From: Octopus vulgaris
Lineage: Eukaryota
DNA: 64,000 bases
Direction of reading: 5' to 3'
Assembly (NCBI GenBank): GCA_951406725.2
Contig: OX597816.1
Location: 114,080,001-114,144,000 of the forward strand
A program made the position numbers and the translations under genes. Below are positions 39,384 through 53,500 of the stretch, piece after piece. Under the pieces are notes generated by a model that had not been told where the DNA came from, searched no databases, and saw only the letters and a program-made list of their open reading frames with translations. Numbering within the stretch: position 1 is the first letter of the stretch; every line of letters starts with the position of its first letter.

Positions 39384-39979
39384 CTGTTGATGGAACAGAA
39401 ACGGAACTTTAGATAAAATTGAGTAGTATTAATCAGTAGACTAGGTTCGCACGAAATATGTACTAATAGCATGCATGAAAACTAACAGAAAATTTGCCTT
39501 GAAACAAAATATATTGTAATTCACATAGACTCACACACTCACACACACACATGCATAAACATTTCATTCATAATGTACTTCATTGATTACTGTGGTATAA
39601 TTTAACCAATACTAGTGGTCAGAATATTGCAGGCAGCACTCTTAACACAGATTTACTCCAGTGTAAACACATGTTCTACAAATATGCATATACACTATAC
39701 GCACAATTTTTTGCATATAACTATAATAATATAGTTATTTATTTAACAACAATTTATAAACATAATTGCCAACATAAATTATTGGGTGATTATTAAATAA
39801 TATAATATGTAAAAGACAGCCACAGCTATCTTCACATATCATAAAGTACACAGTACTCTAAATTTAAACATGCAACACAGACCGTACAAAAGTAACAAGA
39901 CACTAGTATCTCTCTGTTCAAAATAAAGTATTTCTCTATACAATAGTATAAATAATATAGAAAAGTTTTTATATGTCAA

Positions 39980-40145
39980 ACATTATTTGCTTGACTAGTA
40001 TTCCATCCACGATCATCCCAGCTTCTTTTGTGTCATATTATATCCAAGACTCATCCAGTTTATTCATCCATTTTTAAGACAAGGAGAAATTTCAAGGAGA
40101 TTTTGTTGCTATTTCTTGGAAATCAAGTGGCCATGTAGAGGCTCA
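39980..40145. repeat. Interspersed repeat fragment; related piece at 56325-56378
   Basis: ggagattttgttgctatttcttggaaatcaagtggccatgtagaggctc versus aaatttggctgcgatagcttccttgttcagtgaccctgtacaagctcc. Confidence 0.4.
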
Positions 40146-40281
40146 CATTTTAGGAACTGTGTGCCATGGGTCTGGACAACACAACAACAATATGTTGTCA
40201 ATAATATATAAGCCTCTGTTATTCTTATATGGATTATCAGAGACAAAATCATAGATTACTGACAAGCAACTAACCAGCCTG

Positions 40282-40343
<62 letters not shown>

Positions 40344-40839
40344 GGAAATGACTTATCCATCATAAAAAATAACATTTTAGACAACCAATCTGAGTAAGAC
40401 AATACATATAAAATACCATTAAAAAAGTATCAAACTTAGTTTAGCATATCATAACTTTCAGAAGTAAAGTGTATTTTTGACTTACAGGATAGTTCAGCAA
40501 ATAGTTCTTTTAACTGATTATTGCTATATATTATATATACACATGTGTGTGTGTGTGTGTGTGTGTATACACATACACATATATGTGTGTGTGTGTGTAT
40601 ATATATATATATTTATATATGTGCAAGTATGTAAGATTCTTGTCATTCAGTATATAGAGTAGAATATATAGCCAAAGTTTAGAAACCCATGAGTTCCTTT
40701 ATAGTTTGAACAGTGTGAAGAAAATTCAAATTATTTTTTGAAATATCCTGTTGAAGTTATCCAGCAATACCCTGAACACAGAATATATTTAAGAAAGAAA
40801 AAAAGAAGAGAAGAGATAGGTTTATGCATTTACTCAATA

Positions 40840-40915
40840 TATTCTTACATGTATTTCATTACAGAATAGTTTTATAGTATTCTTACATGTATTTCATTAC
40901 AGAATAGTTTTATTG
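40840..40915. repeat. 38-bp tandem duplication
   Basis: tattcttacatgtatttcattacagaatagttttat occurs twice with period 38. Confidence 0.95.
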
Positions 40916-41341
40916 TACTCAAAGATTTACCTTACAATCAGATTGCATAATTGAGATTATATATGAAATGAGAAATTTGCCTGAGGTGGTTCAACCCACA
41001 CATCATCTTTCCAACAGAATTTAAACAGGCTGGTAGTTTATAACTTAGAAAGTTTATTTATCACAATGGAGATGATGGTAAGTATATTAAGTCACAATGT
41101 GGCCTACAGCATTTAATACAGATTTATGATATGAGATGGTAGAGTCAATGACTAGGATAGATATATTAATCTATTTGAAAGTTGCTATATCTTTAATCAT
41201 ATCTGACCAACACTAGGTAGTTAACATACATTCTCACAAATTCTGTTACATACGGAATGACTTTCACACACATACATATAAATAAATACTCATTTACAAA
41301 CATATATATATATATTTACAAACACACACACACACACACAC

Positions 41342-41374
<33 letters not shown>

Positions 41375-41563
41375 TGTATGTGTATACATACGTTTCTATA
41401 GTCATTTATATACATACATATATACACAAAAATATGCTTATAATAAATTCCCCCTCCCCCTGTCGTGTGTATATATATATATATATATATATAAATTTGA
41501 ACTATGAAGACCTGTACATATATCTGTGTGGATATATATATATATATATCTTTATATATATAT

Positions 41564-41669
41564 ATGTCATTTACACACACTTATATTAATGCTATACACA
41601 CACATGCACTTATATATATATAAGTGCATATGTGTGTATAGCATTAATATAAGTGTGTGTAAATGACAT
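41564..41669. repeat. 106-bp near-perfect palindrome centred on (TA)n
   Basis: Two 53-bp arms with a single mismatch and no spacer. Confidence 0.95.
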
Positions 41670-42079
41670 TCTATATGTATGTGTAAATATAAGTTGCCTA
41701 GCGTTGGTCAGGTAAAAGTGAGAATTAAACGAAGCTTTCAAGCAGATTAATATATCTATCCTAATCATTAGTGCTTGCCATCTGGTAACAAAAATCTATG
41801 TTCATTCTTCTAGACCACAAGACAATTTAGCACACCATCATCTCTATTATAAGAAACTTTCTCCTTATAAACTGCTAACCCATTTAAATAAATTCTTTGG
41901 CCTTAATCATGGCAGAAGTTAGGTTGAACTATTATAAATTTTCTTATATTCTATAGAATCTCTGAAGATTTGATGATGCAATCTGATTGTATGGTAAAAC
42001 CTTTTATAAAGAATCTATTCATTGTAGAAACACATGTAAGAATGTATTGAATAAATGTAAAAACTTATCTCCATTCTTA

Positions 42080-42094
42080 TGATATATACAAATG

Positions 42095-42138
<44 letters not shown>

Positions 42139-42151
42139 CATACATACATAA

Positions 42152-42218
<67 letters not shown>

Positions 42219-42228
42219 CATATATATG
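42080..42228. repeat. (TA)n/(TACA)n/(TG)n compound microsatellite
   Basis: Seen directly. Confidence 0.97.
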
Positions 42229-45200
42229 TTTGTTGTTGACCAACTATTAGATATACAGAAGCAGAAAGTACACTTTAAAGATATTAATATGTAAAGGCAA
42301 CTGTCATTTTGCATAAAGTGAGACTTCCCATTCTCTGAATAAGCTTAAAGAAACAGGTTCAGAAAATTATTATCTGTTAGAAGTTCTGGCAAAAGAAAAC
42401 AGAAATGGCATGAATAAGTTATAGTTAATAATGCATGCCTAAATTTGAATAACTCGAAAAAGTACTTCACTCGCAAAAATGACATAAAAAGCCAAACACT
42501 CTATTTTCAAGTGTATTTTTTGCATAACCAAGTGGTTTGAATTGTGTGATGAAACAAAGGAGAATTTATCTTATAAGCAAGAATGTTAATAATGATTTTA
42601 AAGTGTTAGAACATCTCTTTAACAGAAAAATTGTTATAATAAAGAATAAATGCTATCTTGGCTTTTTTTTTTCTCTTTATCATCCATTCTTTTTTCTATT
42701 AAGATAATGTAGAAATGGAAAAGATATTCAGATAAAAATAAACTAAGATATGAAGCGACAATAGATTTTTTAGTTTCAATGCCAACAATGGTAAGATACT
42801 GAAGTTTGAAAAAAAAAAAAAATCAAAGTGCTTATAAGATAAATAAAATATATCATAAATGTTCCATAGATGGCCATGTTGATTTAGTGTATGGCTGAAA
42901 TAGGTTAAATATCAGTGTTTATGTGTCTTAAGGCTAAAACAGTTCTTACAAGACAACATTTAGATTTAGAGAATTCTTAATTACTGTTAACAGTGATACA
43001 AAATTAATTAGAAGATCTGATTTCAAAGACTTACATTTTGTTCCGCTCATGAAATATGATTGGTCTACAAGAACAGAATAAGAAACCTCAGACCTAATGT
43101 CAAATAACATGCCAAATTATATTTGTTAGAAAAATCAAATCAATTAAACTGAGATGTATTAATGATATATATTACTGGTGAATTTAAAGTCTATTATTTC
43201 TCAAGCAGATAAGAAATATCTTCATTATAGTTATATAATTTTTTTGAGATTTTTATGTAATACTGAAGAAATGAAAGGTAATTGAAGCATAATGTAGAAA
43301 TATTTAAAGGGAAATAACGTTACATCATTAAAAAGAAGAAAAACACTTTTAAAAGTCAATCTGATCATTGTAAACACAGAAGTTAGAACTTCTTTTTATT
43401 GACTCTTTTATATTTTTTATTGTATTTTTTTCGTAAAAAGAAATGTTATGTTAATATTTTATCCATAATTAATATATGACATAGCGGACTTTAGACAAAG
43501 GACAAAGCATAGAAAATATATGGGATTAACAAGGAAGAGGGAACAGCACAATATGCCCTTTCAAGGGCCCTCCCAGAATAGTGTAATTCAGAATTAAAGA
43601 ATGTAAACAAAGAGACTGTTTGTTTATATGATTTAAACATGCATCTTTAAATTTAAATTCTTCAAGGTCTGGCTTTAATTTTTACAATTATATCTTTTTT
43701 GTTATTCTGCTAGAGAATGAACAGCACAAAAGACCTTTGCAAGCTTGCAGATTACTGATATTGATACAGTTGACATTGTTTTTAGGACTAATAAGTATCA
43801 TTGATTATATTTTCTCAATACATTTACAAAAAAAAAAGAAGAAAAAAAAGAAAAATATTTTGTATTTTCCTCCATAATGCAAGAAGTTCATTGGATCCCT
43901 AGCACAATAATGTTTCACCAAGAAATGAAGAAATGTGATGAACAAGTATTCTTGAATAACTTCCTCTATGAAATATAAACATAACTAAAGTTATATCTAT
44001 CAATAAATTATTAAACATTTACTTATTTTTAAAAATCCTCAGAGCTTGGAACGAGGACTTGGTTTGCACAAAGGAAGTAGCACTCCTATACAATAACTCT
44101 TTTCTAACTGGCTTGATTGTTAGGAAATCCTTTGCCAATAGAAACACCTTCCTGTGGTGTATACTGGGTGTATTTTGGTACAATTTGATGTGAAGACTGA
44201 ATATATTAACCTTGATTTTGGCAATTAGTCTAAGCAGTGAACACATCAAATGTAGTACCTGGAACCATCATGAGAGCTAATCTTCATTTTGAATAATCAG
44301 CATCAGTTGGATGGATGACAAAAAATATCTTTGTATTTGTCTACATTATCAAAGTAGATAGATATAGTTTTGTCTGATGTTGACCAGATGGGCCACAACC
44401 TATACATAATGAATAGGTACACACAGCAAATTGTTGATCTAGTTTAGACAGATACCGTTTGCCTGTTACAGAAAAAATGCTAAGGGGGTTTAAACACAGT
44501 CATCATATTTGCAACTAAAACATAGCCCCTGCCATCAGAAGTGAAAATAAAGAAAAACGAATATGTGCAAAATGGAAATCAGTTAAATTATGTGTAAATC
44601 ACAGAAAAGACTTGATTTTTGATGAATAAAAAAAAAAAATCGTACTTAATGTGAATATTTATCAATTGTGTTTTTAAAAATTTCTTGGAGTTATGTTCAA
44701 AAATAAAATTCATTGAAATATTTTATTAAAGAACAACATTTTATAAGTTTTGCACACAGCAGATAATGAACCTTCTAAGATATATGAAACATGCACATGC
44801 AAATAAATAAATAAATAACTTGATAACTGAATAAATAAAATGATTTCAAGTAAAAATGCTAGTAGTTCATTCATCTAAATTCTGTATATTTTATTTCTGT
44901 GAACATTTTTCAAGAACAAGAAACTAAATGTAATGCCATCTATCATTGCAAAATTATTACAAGGCTTTTTATTTGGTGAGCTCGATTGAGAAATAAATTG
45001 GAATATGTAAGCCATGCAGAGATTTCCAAAGACTAAATATGTAAGCTACATTGATGTTCTCAAACTATATGAGGTTAAATAGCATGTAACCCATTCTGCT
45101 GTGAAAAAAAGAAAAAAATTGAAATTTGAAAAATTTCATTTCTATGTAGATGATTACAAACAAAAGACAAATGTCCTTTTCTTTAACTTGGTATTGCAAC

Positions 45201-46167
45201 AACAAATTTACCATAGAAAATAATAGTTGCTCATAAGTAACGGCAGTTGGTCTATTATTGACATTTTTCATTGATAAAAACAAAATTGTTGCCTTGTGAA
45301 AAAGAACAAAATAAAAAATAATATAACTGATGTCAGAGGAATAGCATTTATCAGATAAATGCTATTTTTTTTATCAGATAAACAAAATTTGCAAATTTAT
45401 TTTTACAATTTATTTTTGTTGCTGTTGTGGAATAGTCAGATGCATAGACCTTGCAGCATAACATTCTGAGATCAAATACTTCCTATTGGATATCAACAAA
45501 GTCAACATAGGCATGTCCCAGTGTGTCACCACTTGTACCAGTATATTACAGATTCTAAGCCTAAATATTTGAACTCAAACCTGTTATATTGAATCCTTTT
45601 ATAATCAAGTATCATTCTATCTGAACCAATCTACTATTTGGTAATGATCAACTTTAGATGATAAACTGCCAATCTTTTACACATGGTTATCAGCTTAAAT
45701 GAATATAACATTCTTAATGTTGATTACAAAATGTTATAAACAATTTTATTAGATGATAATTTTGTCAGGACAAGAAACTAAGTTTTTAAAATTTATTTTT
45801 ATCTTAATTCTATTACATTTTTATATTATAAATGCAACTTTCATATTACTATGCTAGCAGTTTCTTGTTATGAATGTGAAAGGCTTGATAGCTTAAAATA
45901 AGAGACAAGAATGATGATTAATTGCTAATGGACAATGGTCAACACTATTATGGTTGTTCTTACTGAACTTCTACATAAAGTAGCATGTCATAAAATATGT
46001 AAAGCCAATGATGGTAAAAGAAACTGCCATAACTCTATGAAAATAAATACTTCTCTTTTACTTTGAGTGGATTGAGCGGATTGAGGTAATCAGAGAAAAG
46101 AGCAAAATGGAAACTGAAAGTGTAAATGGGAAAATTGACACAATAATATTTCAGCGTAGTCACTTAC

Positions 46168-46251
46168 CTTCATATGCACCTAAGTGATCATCTATTTGAC
46201 CAGCACATGCTTTCCTCCACAGAGGCTTGTAGGAATGATATGTCTGTATGT
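46168..46251 (-). CDS. Candidate 84-nt coding exon (phase 1-1) encoding xIQTYHSYKPLWRKACAGQIDDHLGAYE(G)
   Basis: Minus strand has acceptor ctgcattttctcccattAG and a consensus donor AAG|GTAAGT. 84 nt, with no stop in the phase matching the downstream exons. Confidence 0.75.
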
Positions 46252-47454
46252 CTAATGGGAGAAAATGCAGTTGTATAGGGACAGGAAGCAAAAGACTTTC
46301 ATGACAATACAATTTTATTAACTAAAAATGCAAAGAAAGTGTTGGTTTTTTAGCAATTAAAGCAAATATTTTAAAAGCAATAAAGTATTTGGTTTTTAGT
46401 TTCTGAGCATGTAAATTAGTGCTCTTCTCCCACATCCCTTATAAAGACTGCACATTATATATGTGTGTCTGTGTGTATACATATGTACATTGTTTTATAT
46501 TAATTATTTTGCTTAGAAAATTATTTGTTATTGAAACTACATTACGTAGCTTCCACCTGCTTTTACAAAGGTCAATAAAAAACACTCTCAGTCAAGAAAC
46601 AGTGGTACAAGAGTGTAGAAGAAGCTAATGATAACAAATGCTTTATGACTTTTGCCTAGTGGATAGTTGTGTATAATGATAGGTTATATGTCTTGGCCTT
46701 TTTTTTTTTTTTTGCATTTACAATAAATATAACAGAAACATTATTATTTCTAAATCTTTCAATGAGAGACATACAGTAACTACTTTAAAGTATAGATTAT
46801 TTGCCAATATAATATCGCAGTCTCCAGTTCAAAAATATAAGGATACAGATAGTGTGTTGTATAGCCAGCTGGAGACAATGTTTCCAGGGGCTAAATAACA
46901 GTAGCATTCATCCCAACCGGGACTGCCATATTGTATTGGCAAATAATCTTTACATTAAATATAACATTTCCCTATTAAAATGTATGTAGATAATTACATC
47001 ATCACCATCATCCTCACTATCTAAACAACTGTTTCTCGATATGCATATTATTTGTGAATCTGCATATGGATATGTATATTCTTTACTTGAAGAGAGAACT
47101 GTAAAAAGGTTTGCAAATTTATTGAGTTTTAAGAGAATATTGAATGAGCACTATGAATGGTACTTAGGAAACAGATTTGGAGGGAAATTTTCATTTAGTG
47201 AGTAGTTCTTTCTGTCTCACTGTTCCCATCATTAGCAAATACCTAACCAAAATAAGCGAATCATTTGCAAAGAAATTTTTTTCTAGTGGGAAAATATTAA
47301 CTATAAAAAAAAAGAATACATAAAATTATAAAGTAAACAAAAGAACTGTGCAAGAATTTGTAATTTTAGTGTTTGTGTCTGTGTATAAGTGTATGTGTGT
47401 GTGAAATTGAGTTATAAACTCAATTCACTAGAAACTTATACTATGACATCCACC

Positions 47455-47455
<1 letters not shown>

Positions 47456-47495
<40 letters not shown>
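47456..47495. repeat. (AAT)n microsatellite
   Basis: Seen directly. Confidence 0.97.
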
Positions 47496-48462
47496 CTTAA
47501 ATTTGATTGAATTTTCACATTTTGGAATCTACAGTAACAAAGATTGAACTTTAAAATTGTGATTTTTTAAAAAGGTATTCCATGTTTTTTGTAATCTTTG
47601 CCAGTTGTGGAAACAAATGCTGATAGCGCTTATATATTCTACTATGTGCAGCACTGAATGCATATCTCAGCAGCAGTTGGTAGAAATACCTTATTGACTT
47701 CAGCTATAGTTATTATTATATAGGTGATGGTTGGTGAGAAAAGAGCACTAAAATTGGCACAAGCTGGCAACAATGTGGCTTCTAGTAGCAGGGTTATGCA
47801 ATCTCTAACATTTTTCATGAACTGTGTGCGAATGTATTTTTTATATTTATATAATTTTCCTCAAAACTAACCTTTTAAACATTCCCTTTGCATCTCCCGC
47901 TCCCCATCTCAACATACACCATTATCAAAATCAAAAGGATACCTGAGGATAATGTGGATCTTGATATACAAAGATATGTTATGGATATGGATGAAGTATC
48001 TTTCATCATGCCTGCTTGATCAGAGCTGACATAAGGCTAAATAACATCAAGCATTTACAGTGCATTTCAGTTTCAGAATTATGTTTACACTTATATGCAA
48101 AACAGTTAAGAAACTATGTTTAGTATGTCAGTAGATACTTAATCGATAACCTTTGTACTAATAAGAGATATCATCAAAATAAAACATCAGGAGAAATATT
48201 TCACTTATAAAACCATTTATAAAACTATATAATAAAAAAAAATTCATAAAATAAAACTATCCAGTTTAGAACTAGAATAGCTTTTACTGAACTTCATAAT
48301 TCTAGAAAATTAATAACAAAAATACCTTTTAGTTGCTGATTTGCAGAAAGAGAATGGACAAACAATAATGGCATAAAAAAAGAGTACTAGTAGTTGGATC
48401 ACCTATGTTAACTAAATAATAATAATAATAATGATGATGATAATGATAATAATAATAATAGT

Positions 48463-48670
48463 ATCCTTTCTACTATAAGCACAAGGCCTGAAATTTTGGG
48501 CAAGAAGACTAGTCGATTACATTCACCCCTGTGCATAACTTTCATTGACCCTGAAAGGATGAAAGACAAAGTCGACCTTGGTGGAATTTGAACTCAGAAT
48601 ATAAAGATGGACGAAATGCTACTAAACATTTTCCCCAGCGTACTAACAATTTTTCCAGCTTGCTACCTTA
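48463..48670 (-). mobile_element. tRNA-derived SINE (family A)
   Basis: B-box gagttcaaattcc on the minus strand and core gaccctgaaaggatgaaagacaaagtcgacc; (AAT/GAT)n flanks. Confidence 0.9.
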
Positions 48671-48716
48671 GACGATGATGATGATAATAATAATAACAAT
48701 AATAATAATAATAATA

Positions 48717-48930
48717 ATCCTTTCAACTGGGAGCACAATGCCTCAAAATAGGGGGAAGGGATTAAGTCTATTACATCGACCCCAGTGCATAACTGGTACT
48801 TATTTCATCAACTCTGAAAGAATGAAAGGCAAAGTCAACCCCAGCGGAATTTGAACTCAGAACATAGCGACAGATGAAATATTGCTAAGCATTTCACCCA
48901 GCATGCTAATGATTCTGCCAGCTTGCCACC

Positions 48931-48932
<2 letters not shown>
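48717..48932 (-). mobile_element. tRNA-derived SINE (family A), second tandem copy
   Basis: A-box tggcagaatcattagc and B-box gagttcaaattcc on the minus strand; (AAT)n on both sides. Confidence 0.92.
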
Positions 48933-48972
<40 letters not shown>

Positions 48973-49272
48973 TGGCATTTGTCAAAATCTAGAAATTTCC
49001 TAAGAGACCCTCTTAGAAAATTGTCATGTTTTTAATGAAATTAGGTTCATATTGAACAGAACTACTTGTGCTTTATTGAATAATTACAAATCATGAGTGA
49101 AGTGGTCACTAAACAGTACATTTGAAGTTACAAAATAAAAATAAGTGATGGAGACATTAATAAAAAAAGACTTTTTAATAATGTACGTGTGTGTATGTAT
49201 ATATATATATACTACACACAAATATTACTCATATATACCTATCATACATGCACACAAACATGTACAGATATT

Positions 49273-49372
49273 TTCATCATAATCATGTTTTAATGCCCAG
49301 GTTTCCATGATACCATGGATCAGATGTTGTTCCTGTTGCCAACCTTCACCTGTTCCCAAGCAAGGTAATAAT
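49273..49372 (-). mobile_element. Family C-like SINE 3' fragment
   Basis: catcataatcatgttttaatgcccaggtttccatg...ttcctgttgccaacc resembles 49770-49921. Confidence 0.5.
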
Positions 49373-49769
49373 TCACCTGAGTAAGGAGATATGTGTGTGT
49401 GTATGTATGTGTATTATATATATATATATATATATATACATAAGTAATTCCAATGTAATTCCTTTATTCTCTGGTGTTCTGATGAAAAATTTGCTAAAGA
49501 ATTATAATGGAGTATCCTGTATGTTGAAAACCTATATGGTCTCATGCTTCCGAGGAGAGCAGTTTATTTCAAATTGATATAATGCTTGCATTGATCGATT
49601 AAATGAAGCCACTTGAAACAACCATAATGCACTGATACCTTGGCATCCTCATTACTTATTTGCTTTTTATTCACCTAACTTCGAGCTGTGCGAACAGCAC
49701 TGGACTGACTTGGTACCTCAACTTAAGTACCTAATTCAACTAGATCTTAATTATTTCTCTACATAAGTA

Positions 49770-49924
49770 TCATCATCATCATCATCATCGTTTAACGTCC
49801 GTTTTCCGCGCTAGCACAGGTTGGACGGTTTGACCGGGGTCTGGGAAGCCAGAGGCCACTCCAGGCTCCAGTCTGATCTGGTAGAGTTTCTACGGCTGGA
49901 TGCCCTTCCTAACGCCAACCACTC
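49770..49924 (-). mobile_element. Young family C SINE 3' fragment with (GAT)n tail
   Basis: CpG-rich: (CAT)n cgtttaacgtccgttttccgcgctagc...tttctacggctggatgcccttcctaacgccaaccactc. Confidence 0.85.
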
Positions 49925-50152
49925 TGCATATAATTGCTGTCAAAATGCAATAGCATGAACAACTGCCATAGGGTATACCATTGGACATGAATGGTTCCAG
50001 CAATCTACTTCCTTGAATTAGTACTGTTTTATCAACCTCAGAAGGATGAAATGCAAAGTTATATCCTATTAAATGCACAGACAACTCTGCTAATTAGTTG
50101 CCTTGATAAATATTATCTCCCTCGGTCTTTTACCATATACATACATACATAC

Positions 50153-50188
<36 letters not shown>

Positions 50189-50504
50189 GAATAGTATTAT
50201 ATATATGTGTGTGTGTGTATCAGTATATTTGATAGATAAATACTATATCCATATCTTTCTATATGTATATATAAAAAAAAGTTGAGATTTTTTTTATTTT
50301 TCATAGTTTTTTTAAAAAGAAAATATTTGATGAGTCAGGCTTGAAATTGTTGGCAGAAAATTGGCACCTGTCATAGAGTGACAAGCTGATCTGATCTAAT
50401 GTATAACGACATATTTAATTCTTATTGCTTGGATACTCACATGGAGAAGAACCATGTTTGAATGCCTGTTTATACATATTCAAACACATATGCATGCACG
50501 CACG

Positions 50505-50555
<51 letters not shown>

Positions 50556-53500
50556 GAGAGAAAAAGAGAGAGACACACAAAGATGGAGAGTAGAATTAAA
50601 TACACTTTTACATATGCATGCATAAAGCTGCACATAAAATGGAACATAAGAGAGATTCTATTGATACCTTAATGACTATGTCACTGACCTAGACATAACT
50701 TGCATTTTAATTGGATTTTATGTAAGGAAGAACTGCTGCCCTACTCTTCTCTGCTGCCTGCAGATATGCATACACATATATCAATGTCATCTCTCTATCC
50801 AGGGATACCAGAGTACAGGGATAAGAAATGAGCTAGGGAGTTGCTACTGGAGGCAGTAGCTGTCACCTTGACATTGTGATGACTTAGAGAGTCCACTGTG
50901 GATTTTCAAGGATTTTCAACCTACATTCAGTTTTGTTCTGTTCCCCAGTCTGTCAACACACTTTCTTGTTCTCATACATAGAAATTTCATGACAGAATCT
51001 AGATATAATACCTCTTCTCAATAATTAAGATTTTAGAAACTGATGCTGAGTAACCTCTTTAGATTCGCTCACATAACTACACAAAGCACATGTACCAAGC
51101 CAACAAAGTAGTTATGTAGTCTTTTGACTTGTTAGAAATAGCAAGTAAACTCCTTTCAAATTCAGTCCAACCTTCTTTAAAGAAAATGGCCATGTCTAGA
51201 ATGCTTTTGATCAGAGTTGACCAGGAGCTAAACAATATCAACTGTATAGATATATATTTCTGCAAACATACTAAATTTGTATTGCGAGCAAATTTCAGAA
51301 ACAAGATGTTGTTTTCTTCTTTTTACTTAGCTTTTAAAAATTAAATTCTCTGCTGAAAGTAGCAGTTTTGCCAACAATTATTTAGTTAATGCTTGCATAA
51401 AAAAAAATCTAATGACAAAATCTATTAGGATTTCTAAGTATTATTTATCACTGCTAACTTTAAAAAATATCTATGATAAATCGGTAAGCCATTTGTTTAA
51501 TTACATGGGGAAACAAATTCATCAGACACTCTGCTAAGTTTGTAAATATATAGTGTATAGAGAGGAATAGTGAGAAAGAAAGAGAGATCACTGTTGAATG
51601 TCCAAATCTTCCTTTCTTCATGTGTGCATATTAAAATTATGTTCTCTATTTCAAGAGATGTCCACTTGCTTGACAGCATAAACTCATATGTACAAACATC
51701 ATCTAAATTTTGCATTTAACATCTAATATTATTTCCCTGTTCTTCTTCCAGAAGTTATTAACTTTAAATAATTCACAATAAGTTCCATTTGATCACATGT
51801 CACACATGCATATCATGAAGGAAACAAGATCTTTTCTCTGAGTCCATTCCAATGTAGTTGTTCCAATTCCACCAGCTGCTCCAATTCCATTTCACACAAC
51901 CTTATATACTTCGGGAGAATACAACCCTTAAACATAAGAGACCATCAACTGACTCCACCAGAAATACAAAAACAAAACAAAACAAGGGCATGATCCCACA
52001 GCCCAACCACCAAATGAAATTCTATATTCCATTTACTTTGTTAATTATACCAAATTATTGTTATAAGTCTGTACTAAACAATTAATGTTTCAGAACCGTA
52101 GTGCATCTGCCTGTGTGTCTCTCATTTCAGTCCATTTGCTACTCACACCTAACAAAAGATTGGTAAAAATGAACAACAACCCCATGATCTGTCATGATTC
52201 TTGCCAGGATTTTACATGACAGAGCCTTAGAAGAAGATTTAAGCTAAACAGTTTATATCATATTACCACTACTAAGATATTGGAAAAAAAAAATTATAAT
52301 TGATGTTGAGAGAAAGAGAGGGAGAGAAAGAAACAGATAAAGAGTGTGTGTGTGTGTATGTGTGTGTTCATGCCCATGCAAACATCTGCATACATGCAGA
52401 AATGTGAATGCATTAGTATTGTTAGCGCTTGTGTAGCTACATGCAAGAAGTTGCTAAATGCTAGGAACTGATTCCATAAGTGAAGTAATTCACTTCTTGC
52501 TGTTTTCTTAATCAGACTTCCAAGATGACAACAAAAATACAGAAATATATCCAGTGCATTCCTCAAGATGCTCAACAGCAACACAGCTAACATTTAAACA
52601 AACAAAAATAAGTTCAAATAAACAAAAACACTACATTATCGTATGGTAAACTCCTTCTATTTTTCTTCTCAAAATGAATCATAATGAAAAACCTTGAGGA
52701 AAGCATTTAAAAAACATTTCAAATTAATCTCTTGACTATCATTGCTAAAATAACACCTCAAAACATGGCAAGTTACAACCTTCTTTTAAATGTCACTAAA
52801 AATTGAATTTTTACTTTAGAGTTTATTAAAACATTTTGATTTTTAATATTTTTTTCTTTTACTTCATTATTTAATTATTTTTTAAATTCATTTATTATGT
52901 TTTTAAATTGCCATTTTAAAAGGTTATATCATTGTTATTACTATTGGCACAGTATAGCCTCTTCCAGTTTAACATTTTAAATTTTGTATTTTACTTTTGT
53001 TAAGGGATGGGGGTAAAATCAGATGATCTTTAAAGAAAGTCTTCACTTAAACAGCATTAAGTCCTTTTCTACTAATTCCTTAAAAAACCTTTGCTACTAA
53101 AATATTTAATTCATAGTTGAATAAATTTCTAACAAAACAAAACAAAACAAAAAAGCAAAGAAGAACTGTCTGAGTGAACTTACCATCAAACAAGTGATCT
53201 TTTAGTAACAAAGGAAGAAAGTTCAATCCCTCAGAGAGATATTTAACTGAATCTATATGTAAAGCTATAAACATTCTACAGTTAAAATCTTGTAACGGCT
53301 GCTGCACATACTAGAGCCATTACTCAAAACTTGACACCTGTCCATAATCTTATAAAATCTATGGTTTATCTTAATAAATACAGATAAGCTTTTAAGACAA
53401 ATTATGCTTCCTTTTAAGAAAAGAAAATTTTTTTTTTTCATAGAAGAATTTTAAGATGACTATTGTACAAAAATTAAAAAAAATAAAATAATAAGATTAT

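Larger units (their letters stand above)
40810..42075. repeat. Large diverged inverted repeat (arms about 40810-41225 and 41690-42075)
   Basis: Colinear reverse-complement blocks at 40813-40852, 40926-40948, 41147-41180 and 41203-41216 all match the right arm in inverse order. Confidence 0.85.

Noticed and set aside
44019-44540. Higher-complexity segment with a 76-aa ORF
   Set aside because: No frame gave a recognisable domain; probably an old repeat, but it cannot be supported.
53183-53310. Phase-1 donor GATG|GTAAGT ending an open frame, a candidate upstream exon
   Set aside because: Weak acceptors and an unconvincing peptide; not excluded without RNA data.
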